DNA of 64,000 nucleotides from the NCBI RefSeq assembly GCF_009914755.1, contig NC_060938.1. One strand, 5' to 3'. Shown here in pieces: positions 1 through 21,175 of the stretch. Source of the stretch: the human T2T-CHM13v2.0 reference genome, Homo sapiens. The number at the start of each line of letters is the position of its first letter. The first letter of the stretch is position 1. The notes beneath the pieces were generated by a model that worked only from the letters and a program-made list of their open reading frames with translations, had not been told where the DNA came from and did no database searches. A program made the position numbers and the translations under genes.

Positions 1-1340
1 GCTGTTTTCATAACACATTTTCACACTGTTGGATAATTTAGATTTTGTTTAAAAACATAATGAACACTAAGAAGTTGTTTGCAGACAAGGAAATGGAAGA
101 CTTCAAAGAGGATAAGAGAAATCTCACATTTAATTCAATTAAGTCAGAGAATGAACATGTCTAAGGATGTCAAGAACCACCCTCCCACCTCCATTTTCTA
201 AGATTACTTACTCAAATATTCTAAAGAAATAATTAATTTAGTCTAAATTAAATCTAAGTTTCTAATAGTGTTCTTCAAATACTTCAAACTACTAGGTAGA
301 ACCAAGTGATATTGTCTAATTGACAATTTTTTATTTATAAAACAGCAATTTCATGTCATTCAATCTAATAATTTAGAGTGTTTCTGTATATTGCAGGCAG
401 ACATCTAACAAGACAAAGAACTAAAGTGTGACTGGAGTGGAGACTGAAATCCCTTAGAAAGACTAGGCAAAGTATCAATAAAGAATGGTTTTCATTGGTA
501 GCTTACATAAATCATGGCTTTTAAAAATTGATTTGTGCGTGGCAGTTTGTGAATAGTAGATGCACTTATAAGAGCTTTTCAAAAATTCTTTAACTGTTAA
601 AACTTCAGATTCTATTTTTTTAAGTGGAAAAGATATTATCAGGATAGATGAACAGATTGGTTAAGCTTTTTGTTTTGCTTTGTTTTTCATGGTGAAGCCA
701 CTTGTAAACAGAGAATGCATTCGGTGGAGATTATCAAAGCTTTAGGGTGAGCATCCTCCCAAATGTACTGTTGTGGAGATTGATTGACAGTGGAAGAATA
801 GATGGAATGCTCTTCTTAAGCTATGGGGACAGGTTACCTAGTAACCACTGAATGATTAAGTTCTGTTCACAGAGACTTGTTCTGTTAATTGGACGAAAAG
901 ATTTAAAGAGCGCAGCTGGGGAGAAATGGAAAGATGGAGGACCGTGGCCATTATTAGTGGACCTGACCAGCAGCCTTAGCCAAATTGTCACAATATGAGT
1001 GAATCTTCTGTTAGTACAAAGAAGTCAGTGAAGCTACCTACAGAGTCACAATTTTGTGCACTTTTTAACTGTAGGAAAAATGAAAATAAGGTGTGGAATT
1101 ACACATATTAAAAAGTGCAGTGAAAACTGTGCGGTGTTATAGTTCTGAGAATGATCATTTTCTGTGGACAAGATTATATTTGTGTTCAGATATCAGAGTT
1201 CTATTATTTAAGAGAACTCAAAATAGGCACTTGGGGTCAGTATATCCTATCACAACTCTCTTCGGTCTAATACCATCAGGCACATACTGCTTTATAGAGA
1301 ATTGTGGTCACCTCTGTTCTCTCCTGCTTTTAACAATAAA

Positions 1341-1453
1341 ATTAAGAAAAGTCAAGGTATAGATTGGTAATAATGACATTTTTCATTCATTAAGGATTAA
1401 GAAAAAGCAAGGTATAGTTTGGTAATAATGACATTTTTTATTCATTAAGGATT
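1341..1453. repeat. Tandem duplication, 2 x 55 bp
   Basis: ATTAAGAAAA..CAAGGTATAG(A/T)TTGGTAATAATGACATTTTT(C/T)ATTCATTAAGG at 1341 and 1396. Confidence 0.9.
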
Positions 1454-1510
1454 TTTAGATGATAGAGTACTTTTTGCCTATGCTCAAAAAAGAACTCAGT
1501 ATTTATATTT

Positions 1511-2392
1511 TAGAAAGGAAAAAGTATCTAAGACAAGTCTCAATCAATTTAGAGATTTATTTTGCCAAGGTTAAGGGTCATGACCTATGACACAGCCTCA
1601 GGAGGTCCTAAGGACATGTGCCCAAGGTGGCTGGGTTATAGCTTGATTTTATGCATTTTAGGGAGACAGAAGTTACAGGTAAAGACATAAATCAATACAT
1701 GTAAGGTATATATTGGTGTAGCCAGGAAAGGTGGGACATCTTGAAGGTGGGGGTTAGGCTTCTAAGTCATAGGTGGATTTAAAATTTTCCTGATTGGCAA
1801 TTGGTTGAAAGGGGTAAGCTCTGCCTGAAGAGTTGAAATCAGCTTGAGTGAAGGTAACTGGGGAGGGGTGGGTTGTGGAAACCAAGGTTTTTGTCATGTA
1901 GATGAAGCCTCCAAGTAGGAGAATTCAGAGACAATAGATGTGAATGTTTCCTATGGAACTTTAAAGGTCGGTCAGACTATTCAGAAAGACCTAGTAAAGG
2001 AAGGAGATTCTCTACAGAATGCAAATTTCCCTCACAAGAGACAGCTTTGCAGGACCATCTCAAAATATATCAAATAAATATATTTTGGGGTAAAATACTT
2101 TCGCTTTCTTCAGGGCCTACTATCTGTCACGTGATGCTATACTAGAGTCTGTTTGGAACTTGCTGGCTTATTGCTACAGAGCCTGTTCTGTCAGTCTTAG
2201 AATTCCTGTTTTCATATTAATGCTGGTCAGTTGTGCCTGAACTTCAAAGGGAGGCGGGTATAATGAATATGTCCTACCTTCCCCTTCCTGTGATGGCCTG
2301 AACTGGTTTTTCAGATTCCTTTGGGTCCCCTTGGCTAAGAGGAGGATCCATTCAGTCAGTTGGGGGGACTTAGAATTTTCTTTTGGTTTACC
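1511..2392 (-). mobile_element. ERV1 solo LTR, MER4 family
   Basis: Reverse complement starts GTAAACCAAAAGAAAATTCTAAGTCCCCCCAAC; contains the MER4-type CTCAGGAGGTCCT..ACATGTGCCCAAGGTGG block. Confidence 0.75.
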
Positions 2393-2653
2393 ATATATAT
2401 ATGTATGTATATGTACACATATATTATCTAATTGGAGAAGCTCTACCTTGGAGCAGAGCTTTTTTGTCTGCTTGGGTTTTTTTTTAATTTTTAATTTTTG
2501 TGGGTACATGATAGGTACATGTATTTATGAGTTGCATGAGATATTTTGATACAGGCAAGCAATGGATAATAATCACTTAAGAGTGAATGGGATATACATC
2601 TGCTCAAGCACTTTTCCTTTATGTTACAAATAATCCAATTATACTCTTTTCAT

Positions 2654-3292
2654 TGTAAAACAAAAAGTATCTGAGGCAGGTCTCAATCAATTTAGAAAGT
2701 TTATTTTGCCAAGGTTAAGGACGTGGGCCTGGGAAGCTGCACCTGGGAAACAGATCTGTGCTTTTCTCCAAAGATGATTTTGAGGGTTTTGATATTTTAA
2801 AGGGGAAAGAGGAAGAAATTTTTAAAAGGTGTAGATAGATGAGACAAGTGGTTGCATTCTTCTGAATCTTTGATCAGCCTGTCGTCAATTACAAAATGTA
2901 CATGTGAGGGGGATAGAAGAATAATCCCTTATGCCTTCTCTAGCTCAGTGATCTGCATTTTTACATCAGAGGAAGCAATCAGATATTCACATGTCTCAGA
3001 GGAGCAGAGGGATGACTTAGAGTTCTGTCCTTTGTCCTGTACCTGGGAAGATAAGCTATTATTTACATTGTTGGGATAAAATTCAACAGAGCTATTTTAG
3101 GGTAAAGATCTTGGGCCCCACAAGGAATTTCCCAGTGGACAAATTGTGAGGCAGGTGTGTTAGCTTTTTTATCTTTGTAGCTGTCTTATTTAGGAATAAA
3201 TTGGGAGGCAGGTTTGTCTGATGCAGTTTCCAGCTTGAGTCTTCCCTTTGGCTTAGTGATTTTGGGGTACTGAGATTTACTTTCCTTTCACA
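2654..3292 (-). mobile_element. ERV1 solo LTR, MER4 family, inserted in the L1MA 3' UTR
   Basis: TGT...ACA termini; shares GTCTCAATCAATTTAGA..TTTATTTTGCCAAGGTTAAGG with the LTR at 1511; flanks TCAT/TAAT; host L1 resumes after it. Confidence 0.75.
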
Positions 3293-3622
3293 TAATTATT
3301 TTAAAATGTACAATTAAATTATTTTTTACTATAGTCACCCTTTTGTGCTAGCAAATATGGGGCCTTATTCATTCTTTCTAACTATTTTTTGTACTCATTA
3401 ACCATCCCCACTTCCCCTTCTAACCCTGTTACTCTTCCCAGTCTCTGGTAACCATCCTTATACTCTCTGTCTCCATGAGTTCAATTGTTTTGATTTTTAG
3501 ATCATAAATAAGTAAAAATATATGAAGTTTGTCTTTCGGTGCCTGGTGTATTTCAGTTAATATAATGATGTCCAGTTCTATCCATGTTGTTGCAAATAAC
3601 AAAATCTCATTCTTTTTTATGA

Positions 3623-3980
<358 letters not shown>

Positions 3981-4362
3981 TATCCATTCATCTTTTGATG
4001 GACACTTAAGTTGTTTCCAAATCTTGGCTATTGTACATAGTACTTCAACAAACTTCAGAGTGCAGATATCTCCTCGATATCCTGACTTCCTTTCTTTTGG
4101 GTATATATGCTGCAGTGGGATTGCTGATTTATATGGTAGCAGTACTTTTAGTTTTTTGATGAATGTCCAAACTGTTCTTCATAGAGGCTGTACTAATTTA
4201 CATTCCCACCAATAAGGTACAAGGGATCCCTTTACTCCACCTCCTTGCCAGCATATGTCACTACCTATCTTTCAGATAAAAGCCATTTTAACTGAGGTGA
4301 GATAATAGCTCATTACAGTTTTGACTTGCATTTCTCTGATGATTAGTGATGTTGAGCACACT

Positions 4363-5441
4363 TTGTTTAACTTTTATTTTAAGTTCAGGGGTACATGTGC
4401 AGGAATCATAGGTTTGTTACATAGGCACACGTGCATCATGGGGTTTGTTGTACCAATTATTTCATCACCCAGGTATTAAGCTGAGTATCCTTAGTTATTT
4501 TTCCTGATCCTCTCCCTCCTCCCTGCCTCCACCCTCCAATAAGCCCTGGTATGTGTTGTTCCCCTCTATGGGTCCATGTGTTATCATTTAGCTCCTACTT
4601 ATAAGTGAGAAGATGTGATATTTGTTTTTCTGTTCTTGCATTAGTTTGCTAAGGATAATGGCCTCTAGCTCCATCTATGTCCCTACAAACGACATCATCT
4701 TGTTCTTTTTTATGGCTGCATAGTATTCCATGGTGTACATGTCCACATTCTTTATACAGTCTATCACTGATAGGCATTTGGGTTGATTCCATCTCTTTGC
4801 TATCATGAATAGTGCTGCAATAAACATATGCATGCATGTATCTTTATAATAGAATGACTTATATTCCTTTGGGTATATACCTAGTAATGATATTGCTGGG
4901 TTGAATGGTGTTTCTGACTTTAGATCTTTGAGGAATCTCCACACTGTCTTCCAGAATGGTTGAACTCATTTACACTCCCACCAACAGTGTACAAGTGTTC
5001 CTTTTTCTCTACAACCTCACTGGCATCTGTTATTTTTTGACTTTCTAATAATCACCATTCTGACTGGTGTGAGATGGTATCTCATTGTGGTTTTGAATTG
5101 ATTTGCATTTCTCTAATGATCAGTGATGTTGAGATTTTTTTCATATGCTTGTTGACCACATGAATGCCTTCTTTTGAGAAGTATCTGTTCATGTCTTTTG
5201 CCCACTTTTTAATGAGGTTCTTTGTTTTTTTCTTGTAAATTTGTTTAAATTTCTAATAGATGCTGAATACTAGATCTTTGTCAGATGCATAGTTTGCAAA
5301 AATTTCCTGTCATTCTGTAGGTTGCTTGTTTACCCTGTTGATAATTTCTTTTGCTGTGCAGAAGCTCTTTAATTAGATTACTTTTGTCAATTTTTGCTTT
5401 TGTTGCAATTGCTTCTAGTGTCTTTGATGAAATCTTTGCCC
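4363..5441 (-). mobile_element. 5'-truncated older L1PA 3' fragment
   Basis: L1PA 3' UTR and ORF2 C-terminus (ORF 4675..4944); degenerate TSD GAG(C/T)A(C/T)ACTTT. Confidence 0.8.
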
Positions 5442-6494
5442 AGAGTATACTTTCATATACCTGTTTGCCATTTGTATGTCTTCTTTTGAGAAATGCCTAT
5501 TCAGATATTCTGCACACTTTTTAATTAGTTTATTAGATTTTTCTTTCTTATTGAGTTGTTTGAACTCCTTAGATATTCTAGTTGTTAATCCGTTGTCAGA
5601 GGAATAGTGTGCAAATCTTTTCTCCCATTCTGTGGGTTGTCTCTTCACTTTATTTTTTCCTTTGCTGTGCAGAAGCTTTATAACTTGATGTAATCCCATT
5701 TGTCTATATTTGCTTTGGTTGCCTGTGCTAATGGGGTATTGCCCAAAAAGTCTTTGCCCAGACCAATGTCCTGGTGTTTCCCCAATGTTTTCTTGTAGTA
5801 GTTTCATAGTTTGAGGTGTTAGATTTATTACTTAAATGCATTTTGACTTGATTTTGTTATATGGTGAGAGATAGATGTTTAGTTTCTGCATATGGATAAC
5901 CTGTTTTCCCAGAACCATTTATTGAAGAGACTGTCAATTTCCCAATGCGTGTTCTTGAAACCTTTGTTGAAAATGAGTTAGCATAAACGTATGGATTTAT
6001 TTCTGGGCTCTTCATTCTGTTCCACCAGTCTATGTGTCTGTTTTTATGCCAGAATCATGCTATTTTGGTTACTATAGCTCTGTAGTATAATTTGAAGTCA
6101 GATTATATGATTGCTCCAGTTTTGCTCTTTTTGCTTAGGATAGCTCTGGCTATTCTGGGTCTTTTGTGGTTGCATATACATTTTAGGATCGTTTTTTCAT
6201 TTATGTGAAGAATGTCATTGGTATTTTGATAGAGATTGTATTGAATCTGTAGATTGTTTTCGGTAGTATAGACATTTTAACAACATCAATTTTTCCAATC
6301 CATGAACATGGAATATCTTTTCATTTTCTCATGTCCTCCTCAATTTCTTTCATCAATTTCTTTTATAGTTTTCACTACAGAGATCTTTCAGTTCTTTGGA
6401 TAAATTAATTGCTAGATATTGTATTTTATTTGTAGCTATTGTAATTGGTATTTATAAGCTATTGTAATATTGACTTGCAAAAATTAGCCTGTAA

Positions 6495-12993
<6,499 letters not shown>

Positions 12994-13235
12994 AAAAATT
13001 AGCCTGTAAAAATTTACAATCTATTGTAAATGGGATTTCTTGATTTCTTTTTTGGATTGTTCACTGTTGGCATATAGAAATGCTACTGACTTTTGTATGT
13101 TGATTTTGTATCCTACAAATTTACTGAATATATATATCTCAGTTCTAATAGTTTTTTTATTCAGTCTTTAGATTTTTCCAAATATAAGATCATATCATCT
13201 GCAAACAAGGATAATTTGATTTCCTTTCCAATTTA

Positions 13236-13325
<90 letters not shown>

Positions 13326-13904
13326 TCATGTTCCAGATTGTACAGAAAATGCTTTCAGTTTTTCCCCATTCAGCATACTAGCTGTCTGTCAGTCATATAT
13401 TGCTTTCATTATGTTAAAGTATGTTTCTTCTACACCAAGTTTTTTGAAGACTTTTACCATGAAGTGATGTTGAATTTTTTCAAATGCTTTTTCAGCATCA
13501 ATTTAAATGATCATATGGTTTTTGTCCTTCATTCTGTTGATATGATGTATCACATTGGTTGATTTGTGTATGTTGAACCATCCTTGCATCCCAGGGATAT
13601 ATCCCACTTGGTCATGGTTAATAATATTTGTAATATGTTGTTGAATTTAATTTACTAGCATTTTGTTGAAGATTTTTGCATTAATATTCTTCAGAGATAT
13701 TGGCCTGGAGTTTTCTTTCTTTGATTTATCTTTGTTATTGGAATCAGAGTAAGACTGGCCTTGTAGAATGAGTTTGCAAGTATTTCCTCCACCTTGATTT
13801 TTTGGAAATAATTTGAATAAAATTGGCATTTGTTCTTCTTTAAATGTTTGCTGGAATTCAGCAGTGAAACCATCAAGTCCTGGGCTTTTCTTTACTGGGA
13901 GACC

Positions 13905-14198
13905 TTTTTTTTTTTTGAGATGGAGTCTCACTCTGTTGCCCAGGCTGGAGTGCAGTGGCACGATCTTGGCTCACTGAAGCCTTCGCCTCCCAGGTTCAAG
14001 TGATTCTTCTGCCTCAGCCTCCTGAGTAGCTGGGATTACAGGCATGCACAATCATGCCCAGCTAATTTTTGTGTTTTTGGTACAGACAGGGTTTCACCAT
14101 GTTAGCCAGGCTGGTCTTGAACTCCTGACCTCAGGTGATCCACTCGCCTCAGCCTCCCAAAGTGCTGGGATTACAGGCATGAGCCACCACGCCCAGCC
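13905..14198 (-). mobile_element. AluSx-like
   Basis: Full Alu dimer in L1MA ORF2, short TSD AGAC(C/T)TTTT. Confidence 0.92.
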
Positions 14199-17100
14199 AG
14201 ACTTTTTATTAAGGCTTTGATCTCATTACTTGTTATTTGTCTGTTAAGGTTTTGGATTTCTTCATGATTCAATCTTGGTAGGTAGTCTATATCTAGGAAT
14301 TTATCCATTTCTACTAGATTTTCCAATTTATTGACTTATAGTTGCTCATAGTAGCCTGTAATGATCTTTTGAATTTCTCCAGTATCTGTTGTAATGTCAC
14401 CTTTTTCATTTCTAATTTTATCCATCTTCTGTTTTTTCTTACATGTTTGACTAAAAGTTTCTCAATTTTATCTTTTCAAAAAAATCAACTATTTCATTGA
14501 TCTTTTGTATTTTTTCCTTAAATTTCCATTTCATTTATTTCTGTTCTGATTTGTATTGTTTCTTCTCTTCTACTACTTTTGGGTTAGATTTGCTCTTGCA
14601 TTTCTATTTAAGATGCATTATTAGGTTATTTGAAGTTTTTCCTCTTTTTTGATGTAGGTGCTTATAACTATAAACATCCCTGTTAGTAGCACTTTCATTG
14701 TGTCTTGTAGGTTTTAGCATATTGTGGACTATTATCATTTGTTTTAAGAAATTTTTCAATTTCCTTCTTAATCTCTTTTTTGACCCACTGGTCATTCAAA
14801 AGCATATTATTTAATTTTCATGTATTTATATGGTTTCCAAAATTCCTCTTGTTATTGATTTCTAGTTTTATTTCATTGTGGCCACAGAAGATATCATTTC
14901 AACTTTTCAAATGTTTTAAGACTTGTTTTGTGACCTAATATATGGTCTGTCCTTCAGAGTGATCCATGTGATGAAGAAAAAAAAATCTGTGTTCTACAGC
15001 CATTGGATAACATGTTCTGTACATATCTGTTAGGCCCATTTGGTCTATAGCACAGATTAAATATGTTTTTGATTTTTTTTTTTTTTTTGTCTGGAAGATC
15101 TGTCTAGTGCTGAAAGTGAGGTGTTGAAGTCTCCAGCTACTATTGTATTGGAGGCTATCTATCTCTTTAATACTAGTAATATTTGCTTTATATATCTGGG
15201 CACTACAGTGTTGGGGGCATATATGTTTACAACTGTTACATCGTCTCGCTGAATTGACCCCTTTATTATTATATAATGGCCTTCTTTGTCTCTTCTTAAG
15301 TTTTTGTCTTAAAATCTATTTTGTCTGATATAAGTATAGCTACTTCTGCTCTTTTTTGGTTTCCATTGACATGGAGAATCTTTTTCCATCACTTTATTTT
15401 TAGTTTTTGTGTGTCATTATAGGTGAAGTGTGTTTCTTGCAGCCACAGATAATTGGGTCTTATTTTTTTTTTTATCCATTCAGCCAGTCTATGTTTTTTG
15501 ATTGGAAAGTTTAGACCTTTTACATTCAATGTTATTATTGACAAGTAAGGAGTTACTCCTCTCATTTTGCTATTTATTTTCTGATTGTTCTGTGGTCTTT
15601 GCTCCCTTCTTTCCTTCCTTCCTGTCTCCCTTTTAGTGAAGGTAATTTATTTTCTCTGGTGGTAGTATTTAATTTCTTGCTTTCTATTTTTTGTGTATCT
15701 GTTGTATGTTTTTTGATTTGAGGTTACCATGAGGCTTGCAAATATTATCTTGTATTTATTATCATTAATTATTTTAAGCTAATAACACTGCTTGCATAAA
15801 CTAACAAGCAAAAAAAAACCAATAAAAATTCTACACTTTAACTTCATCCCCCAGCTTTTTAACTTTCTGTTGTATCTATTTATATCTTATTGTACAGTCT
15901 ATGTCTTGAAAAGTTGTAATTATTATTTTTGATTTCATCTTTTAGTCTTTCTACTTAAGGGTACTTTCCACTCTACAGTTACAGTGTCATAATTTTCTGT
16001 GTTTTCCTGTATATTGACTACTACCAGTGAGTTTTGTCCCTTCGGATGATTTCTTATTGCTCATTAATGCCCATTTCTTCCTGATTGAGGTGCTCTCTTT
16101 AGGGGAGTACTTGTAAGACAAGTCTTGTGTTGATGAAATCCCTCAGCTTTTGTTTATCTGGCAAGGTCTTTATTTCTCCTTCATGTCTGAAGAATATTTT
16201 CACTGGATATACTATTCTCGGGTAAAAGTCTTTTGTCTTCAGCACTTTAAATATGTCATGCCACTCTCTCCTGGCCTGTAAGGTTTCCACTGAAAAGTCT
16301 GCTGCCAGATGTATTGGAGCTCTAGTGTATGTTACTTGTTTCTTTTTCGTGCTGCTTTTAGGATTCTTTCTTTATCCTTGACCTTTGGGGGTTTGATTAT
16401 TATATGCCTTGATGTAGCTTTCTTTGGATTAAATCTGCTTGGTGTTCTGTAGCCTTCTTGTACTTGGATAGTGACATCTTTCTCTAAGTTTCAAAAGTTC
16501 TCTTTTATTATTTATTCAAATAAACTTTCTATCCCTATCTCTTTTTCTACCTCAACTTTAAGGCCAATAACTCTTAGATTTTCCCTTTTGAGGCTATTTT
16601 CTAGATCTTGTAAGCATGTTTCATTGTTTTTTTATTCTTTTTTCTTTTGTCTCTTCTGACTGTGTATTTTCAAATAGCCTGTCTTCAAGCTCTCTAATTC
16701 TTTCTTCTGCTCGATCAATTCTGCTATTAAGATACTCTGATGCATTCTTCATCAGCTGTGTAGCCTGGGGTTGGTGAGGCGGGACAAAGAGGGAGAGGTG
16801 CAAGCACTCTTAGCTTCCCCAGCTGGTATCTTAATAGGTCACACGTCCCACCCTCCAACTCAATCTACTGGCTTTGAGCCCAGCTCAATACCAGGACTTG
16901 CATAAGAATTGCAGTTCTTGTGGCCTAAACTGCCCCTCAAGTTCACTTAGGGCCCCAGTGCCTCCAGCCCACAGTGGCAAGCCTTGCCAGAACTCAAGCT
17001 CCAATTGCTGGAATGGGCAATTACCCTCTGCCTTGGGCCGGTCCAAATGCCCCCTCCATGGGCAGGCATCAGCTGAGTACAGCTCAGTTTGCTTTCTGCT

Positions 17101-18459
17101 GTGATGGGGCAGCACTGAGTCTAATGCAAAGCCTCATGACCGCTGTGCTCCCCCTCTCTGAAGCACAGAGATTCTCTCCAACAGGGAGCTGCTGCTGGGG
17201 AATGGGGGAGGAGACAGGGATGGCATCAGCAATTTAAGACTGTCTTTCCTACCCTCTTTGGTGCCTCTTTCAGTCATGTGAAATCAAAGCCAGGCACTGA
17301 GAGTGCTCCCTTGATTTTTGGTTCCTATGAAGATTACTCCCTTTGTGTAGACAGTTGTCAAGCTAGGTGTTCCTGAGAAGGAATGATTGGCAGAGCCTTC
17401 TATTCGGCTATCTCACTCCGCCCCTCCCCTGGAATCACTTTTTAAAATGTTTGTCAGTTGCACGTTACATTGCTTGAATAAGATTTGTAGGTAATATTGC
17501 CTTAGCATGGCTGCTTTCCTCACAGGGATGGAGCTTAAAACTTTCCTAAAGCCCCCTCTAGTGACAAACAGCAAATTATTATCCATTATTTCATACCTCC
17601 AAGCTCTAAATACCTCCAAGCTCTAAAGTTCCATTTTCTCATTTAGTTATTAGATGAATCAATTGCTACATTATTTCAATTAGAGAATGACTGAGAAATA
17701 GTTAATAGCTCAAATTCTCAAGCATTCTTAAATCACTGAAACCTAAGCAATTTTGTTTTGAGACTGAGGTCAGCACAGTGCACATTTAACTCTATAATTT
17801 TACTCTGCCCTCATACATATAATTTTTAAGGATTCCCTAAATTTCCTTCATTTTTGTCTTTCAGGAACTTTAAGGGTTAAAATATGTTCGCAATAACTCA
17901 ATAAATAGAAAAATGTTGTTTTGAACTTTGGCTTCTTGTTGTTTTCACTGTATTTACTGGAACATTTTCTAAACACACAAATATAAATTCCAGGAATCCT
18001 CTGAATTATGAAACTAAGGGTCATCCATAAAGACATAGATTAAATATATAATAATAACATAATGCTTAAAATAATAATATATAATAAAACAGAATAAACA
18101 ATAAACTATATATTATTTGCATAACTATAGGTTATGGTATTAAAATATATAGTTTATTTCACTTATATAAAATTGAAATATATTGTATATTTCAAATATA
18201 TAAAAGCCCATTTCCAAAGGGCTTAGAGCTCATCCAATAAGACAGGCCTAATTAAACCATTAAAAGAAGAAGTCATATTCCTAATAAAGGGAATTAACGA
18301 GATAAATTTTTAAAAGGCTATGAATATTTATTTCAACTGAGCACAAATCTTAGTTTTGAGGTTCCTGTAAGCTAATACAAAAAAAGAAACCCAGTAATTG
18401 ATTAGTTCATGCCAATTCATTAAGGGAAACAAAGTATTTCCGTCTAAAACACACATATG

Positions 18460-18908
18460 GGTCAGGCACAGTGGCTCATGCCTGTAATCCCAGAACTTTA
18501 GGAGGCTATGGCAGGTGGATCACTTTAGGCCTGGAGTTTCAGACCAGCCTGGCCAACATGGCAAAACCCTGTCTCTACTAAAAATACAAAAATTAGCCAG
18601 GCATGGTGGCTCACGCCTGTAATCCAGCACTTTGGGAGGCTGAGGCGGGTGGATTGCCTGAGCTCAGGAGTTCAAGACCAGCCTGAGCAACACAGCGAAA
18701 CCCCGTCTCTACTAAAATACAAAAGAAATTAGCTGGGTGTGGTGGCATGCACCTGTAGTCCCAATTACTCGGCAGGCTGAGGCAGGAGGATTGCTTGAAT
18801 CCGGGAGGCGGAGGTTGCAGTGAGTCAAGATCACACCACCGCACTCCGCCTGAGCGATGGAGCGAGATTTCGTCTCTACAAAAATAAATAAATAAATAAA
18901 CAAACAAA
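18460..18908 (+). mobile_element. Three-armed Alu (left-left-right)
   Basis: Two left monomers, each ending in the A-rich linker, then one right arm and a (TAAA)n tail; ACACATATG on both flanks. Confidence 0.85.
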
Positions 18909-19687
18909 AACACATATGCAGATTTCTAAATGTCAATAACAAGATTATAGCATTGGAATAATTTCAGAACATGAAATTCAGGTGTAAACATATATATTCA
19001 ACAAAAGGTCTTCAGAATGCCTACTCTCCAAGGCCATTGCAGCTGGTGATGATTTTCCCAATAGAAGGGTGTTTCTTGGGAGCTCACCCTATAATAAACT
19101 CATACCAGCTGTATCCATCACCCATGATCATGAATTATTTCCTGGGAATAGCAACCAGAAAGAATCTTCTCTCTTGTTTACATACATAGAGCCAAAGCAA
19201 AGGACAAATTAAATTGCACTTAGGATAACATGTTCATTGCTAAAATTTGAGAGACATAGACCCTATTATGCACACATTCTTGAAATAATTGGAACAAAAT
19301 ATTGAAAGGGAAATAATGAAATAGATGGCTTCAGACAAAGTTGGGTACCAGACAATATGGTCTCCAGAAGTTTCTCCCATTCTGCTGCCCTCTCCAGATC
19401 ACGCACCCCCCCGTTCTACTTGAAAACAAAATCTACTTGTCATCCTAAAGTCTACTTTTCTAAGAGGAGCTGGTATCACCTTCCCTGAGTCAAGTCACTG
19501 TGTTGCTTATCCCAAGGGTGTTTGCCTTGGGTTCCTTGTTTCTAATTCAATTTAACAAATGCTTACTGGAGGCCTATTATATGCAAAGTATTTGCTAGCT
19601 GCCAGTAGTGAAATAAAGGCCTTCATGATCTTAGAAATGGATTTCAGGCAATAATGAGTACCTAGGAAGGAGTTTTTGTTCTCTGCA

Positions 19688-20068
19688 TGATATGATTTGG
19701 CTCTGTGTCCCCCTCCAAATTTCATGTTGAACTGTAATCCCCATGTTGGGGGAGGTACCTAGTGAGAGGTAATTGGATCATGGGGGTGGATTTTCCCCTT
19801 GTCGTTCTCATGATAGTGAGTTCTCATGAGATATGTTTGTTAAAACATGTGTAGCACTTTCCTCTTCGCTCTCTCTCCCTCCTACTCTGCCATGTGAAGA
19901 AGCTACTTGCTTCCCCTTTGCCCTTCCACCATGATAGTGTTTCCTGAGGCCTCCCCAGCCATGCTTTCTGTACAGCCTATGGAACTGTGAGTCAATTAAA
20001 CCTCTTTTCTTCATAAATTACCCAGTCTCAGGTAGTTCTTTACAGTAATGTGAGAATGAACTAATAGA
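19688..20068 (+). mobile_element. MaLR solo LTR (MSTA/MSTB)
   Basis: TGATATGATTTGGCTCTGTGTCCCC...GAACTAATAGA; 5 bp TSD CTGCA. Confidence 0.88.
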
Positions 20069-20444
20069 CTGCATAACATCTGACTCCCTGCCCCTGTATC
20101 CTTCCAAATTACTTTTGTTGTTGGGGCCACAGAGCCATCACACACACTTCAACATGCCTCCAATTTTGAATCATTGTCTGCCTACCCTGGGTTTTAGGAA
20201 AACAGGGGTTCAAGCGTTATTATAACCGGGTTTCTGATTTATTTCTCCTTCCTTGTTACAGAGTTTCTGACTTACTCCCTCAAGCCTGAATTCCCTGATA
20301 CCCAGCTCTGCTGAGATAGGAATCTCAGAAGAGAGAAAGCTAACATTTATTGAATACATTCTTTTATTTGCCAGGCACTGTTAATTCTTTTAACTATAAA
20401 ATTAGTAGCATCATTTTTTCATCCCAAGCAACAGAGAGGTAGAC

Positions 20445-21175
20445 TGTTGATGAAAAGAGTCAAACTCTGTAAAATATTTTTAGAGATTTATTCTGAGCCA
20501 AATATGAGTGACCCTCAGGAGGTCCTGAGAACATGTGCCCAAAGTGGTTGAGGTGCAGCTTGGTTTTATACATTTTAGGGAGGCATGAGACATCAATCAA
20601 ATAAGAAATACATTGGTTTGGTTCAGAAAGGTGGGACAACTCAATGAGTATGTAAATTTAAACATTTCCTGGTTGACAATTGGTTGAGTTTATCTGAAGG
20701 CCTGGGATCAATAAAAAGGAAATGTTGGGGTTAAGATAAAAGATTGTGGAGACCAAGTTTATTGTGCAGAGGAAGCTCTCAGTATAGCAGACCTCAGAGA
20801 GAGAGCAGATTGTAAAATTTGTCTTGTCGGACCTAAAAGGGTGCCTGGCTCTTAGTTGGTTATCTCCTGGATTTGGAAAGGAAAGAAGGAAAACAAAGGG
20901 GAAAAGAGATTCTCTATAGAATGTGGTTTTTTCCCACAAGAGATTTTGCAGGGCAATTTCAAGATATGGCAAGGAAATATATCTTGGGGTTAAATATTTT
21001 GATTTTTTTTTCCTTGTCTCATAATATTATGCCAGAATCAGATTGGAAAGTAAGTCATGGTATATAGAGTCAAATAAAACCCATCTGATAAGAATTTATG
21101 GTTTCTAGGGCATGACTCCCTAGACACCTTAGATAGGAATTTGGGCAAGATAAAAAAATTAGAGCTTAGTCCTCA
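20445..21175 (-). mobile_element. ERV1 solo LTR, MER4 family
   Basis: Reverse complement starts TGAGGACTAAGCTCT...TATCTTGCCCAAATTCC; contains CTCAGGAGGTCCTGAGAACATGTGCCC. Confidence 0.75.

Noticed and set aside
1341-1453. Direct repeats as a CRISPR-like or functional array
   Set aside because: Only two adjacent copies with no spacers; a simple eukaryotic tandem duplication.
1511-3292. Two adjacent LTRs as the ends of a provirus
   Set aside because: Different 5' ends, intervening DNA is L1, and there is no gag/pol/env.
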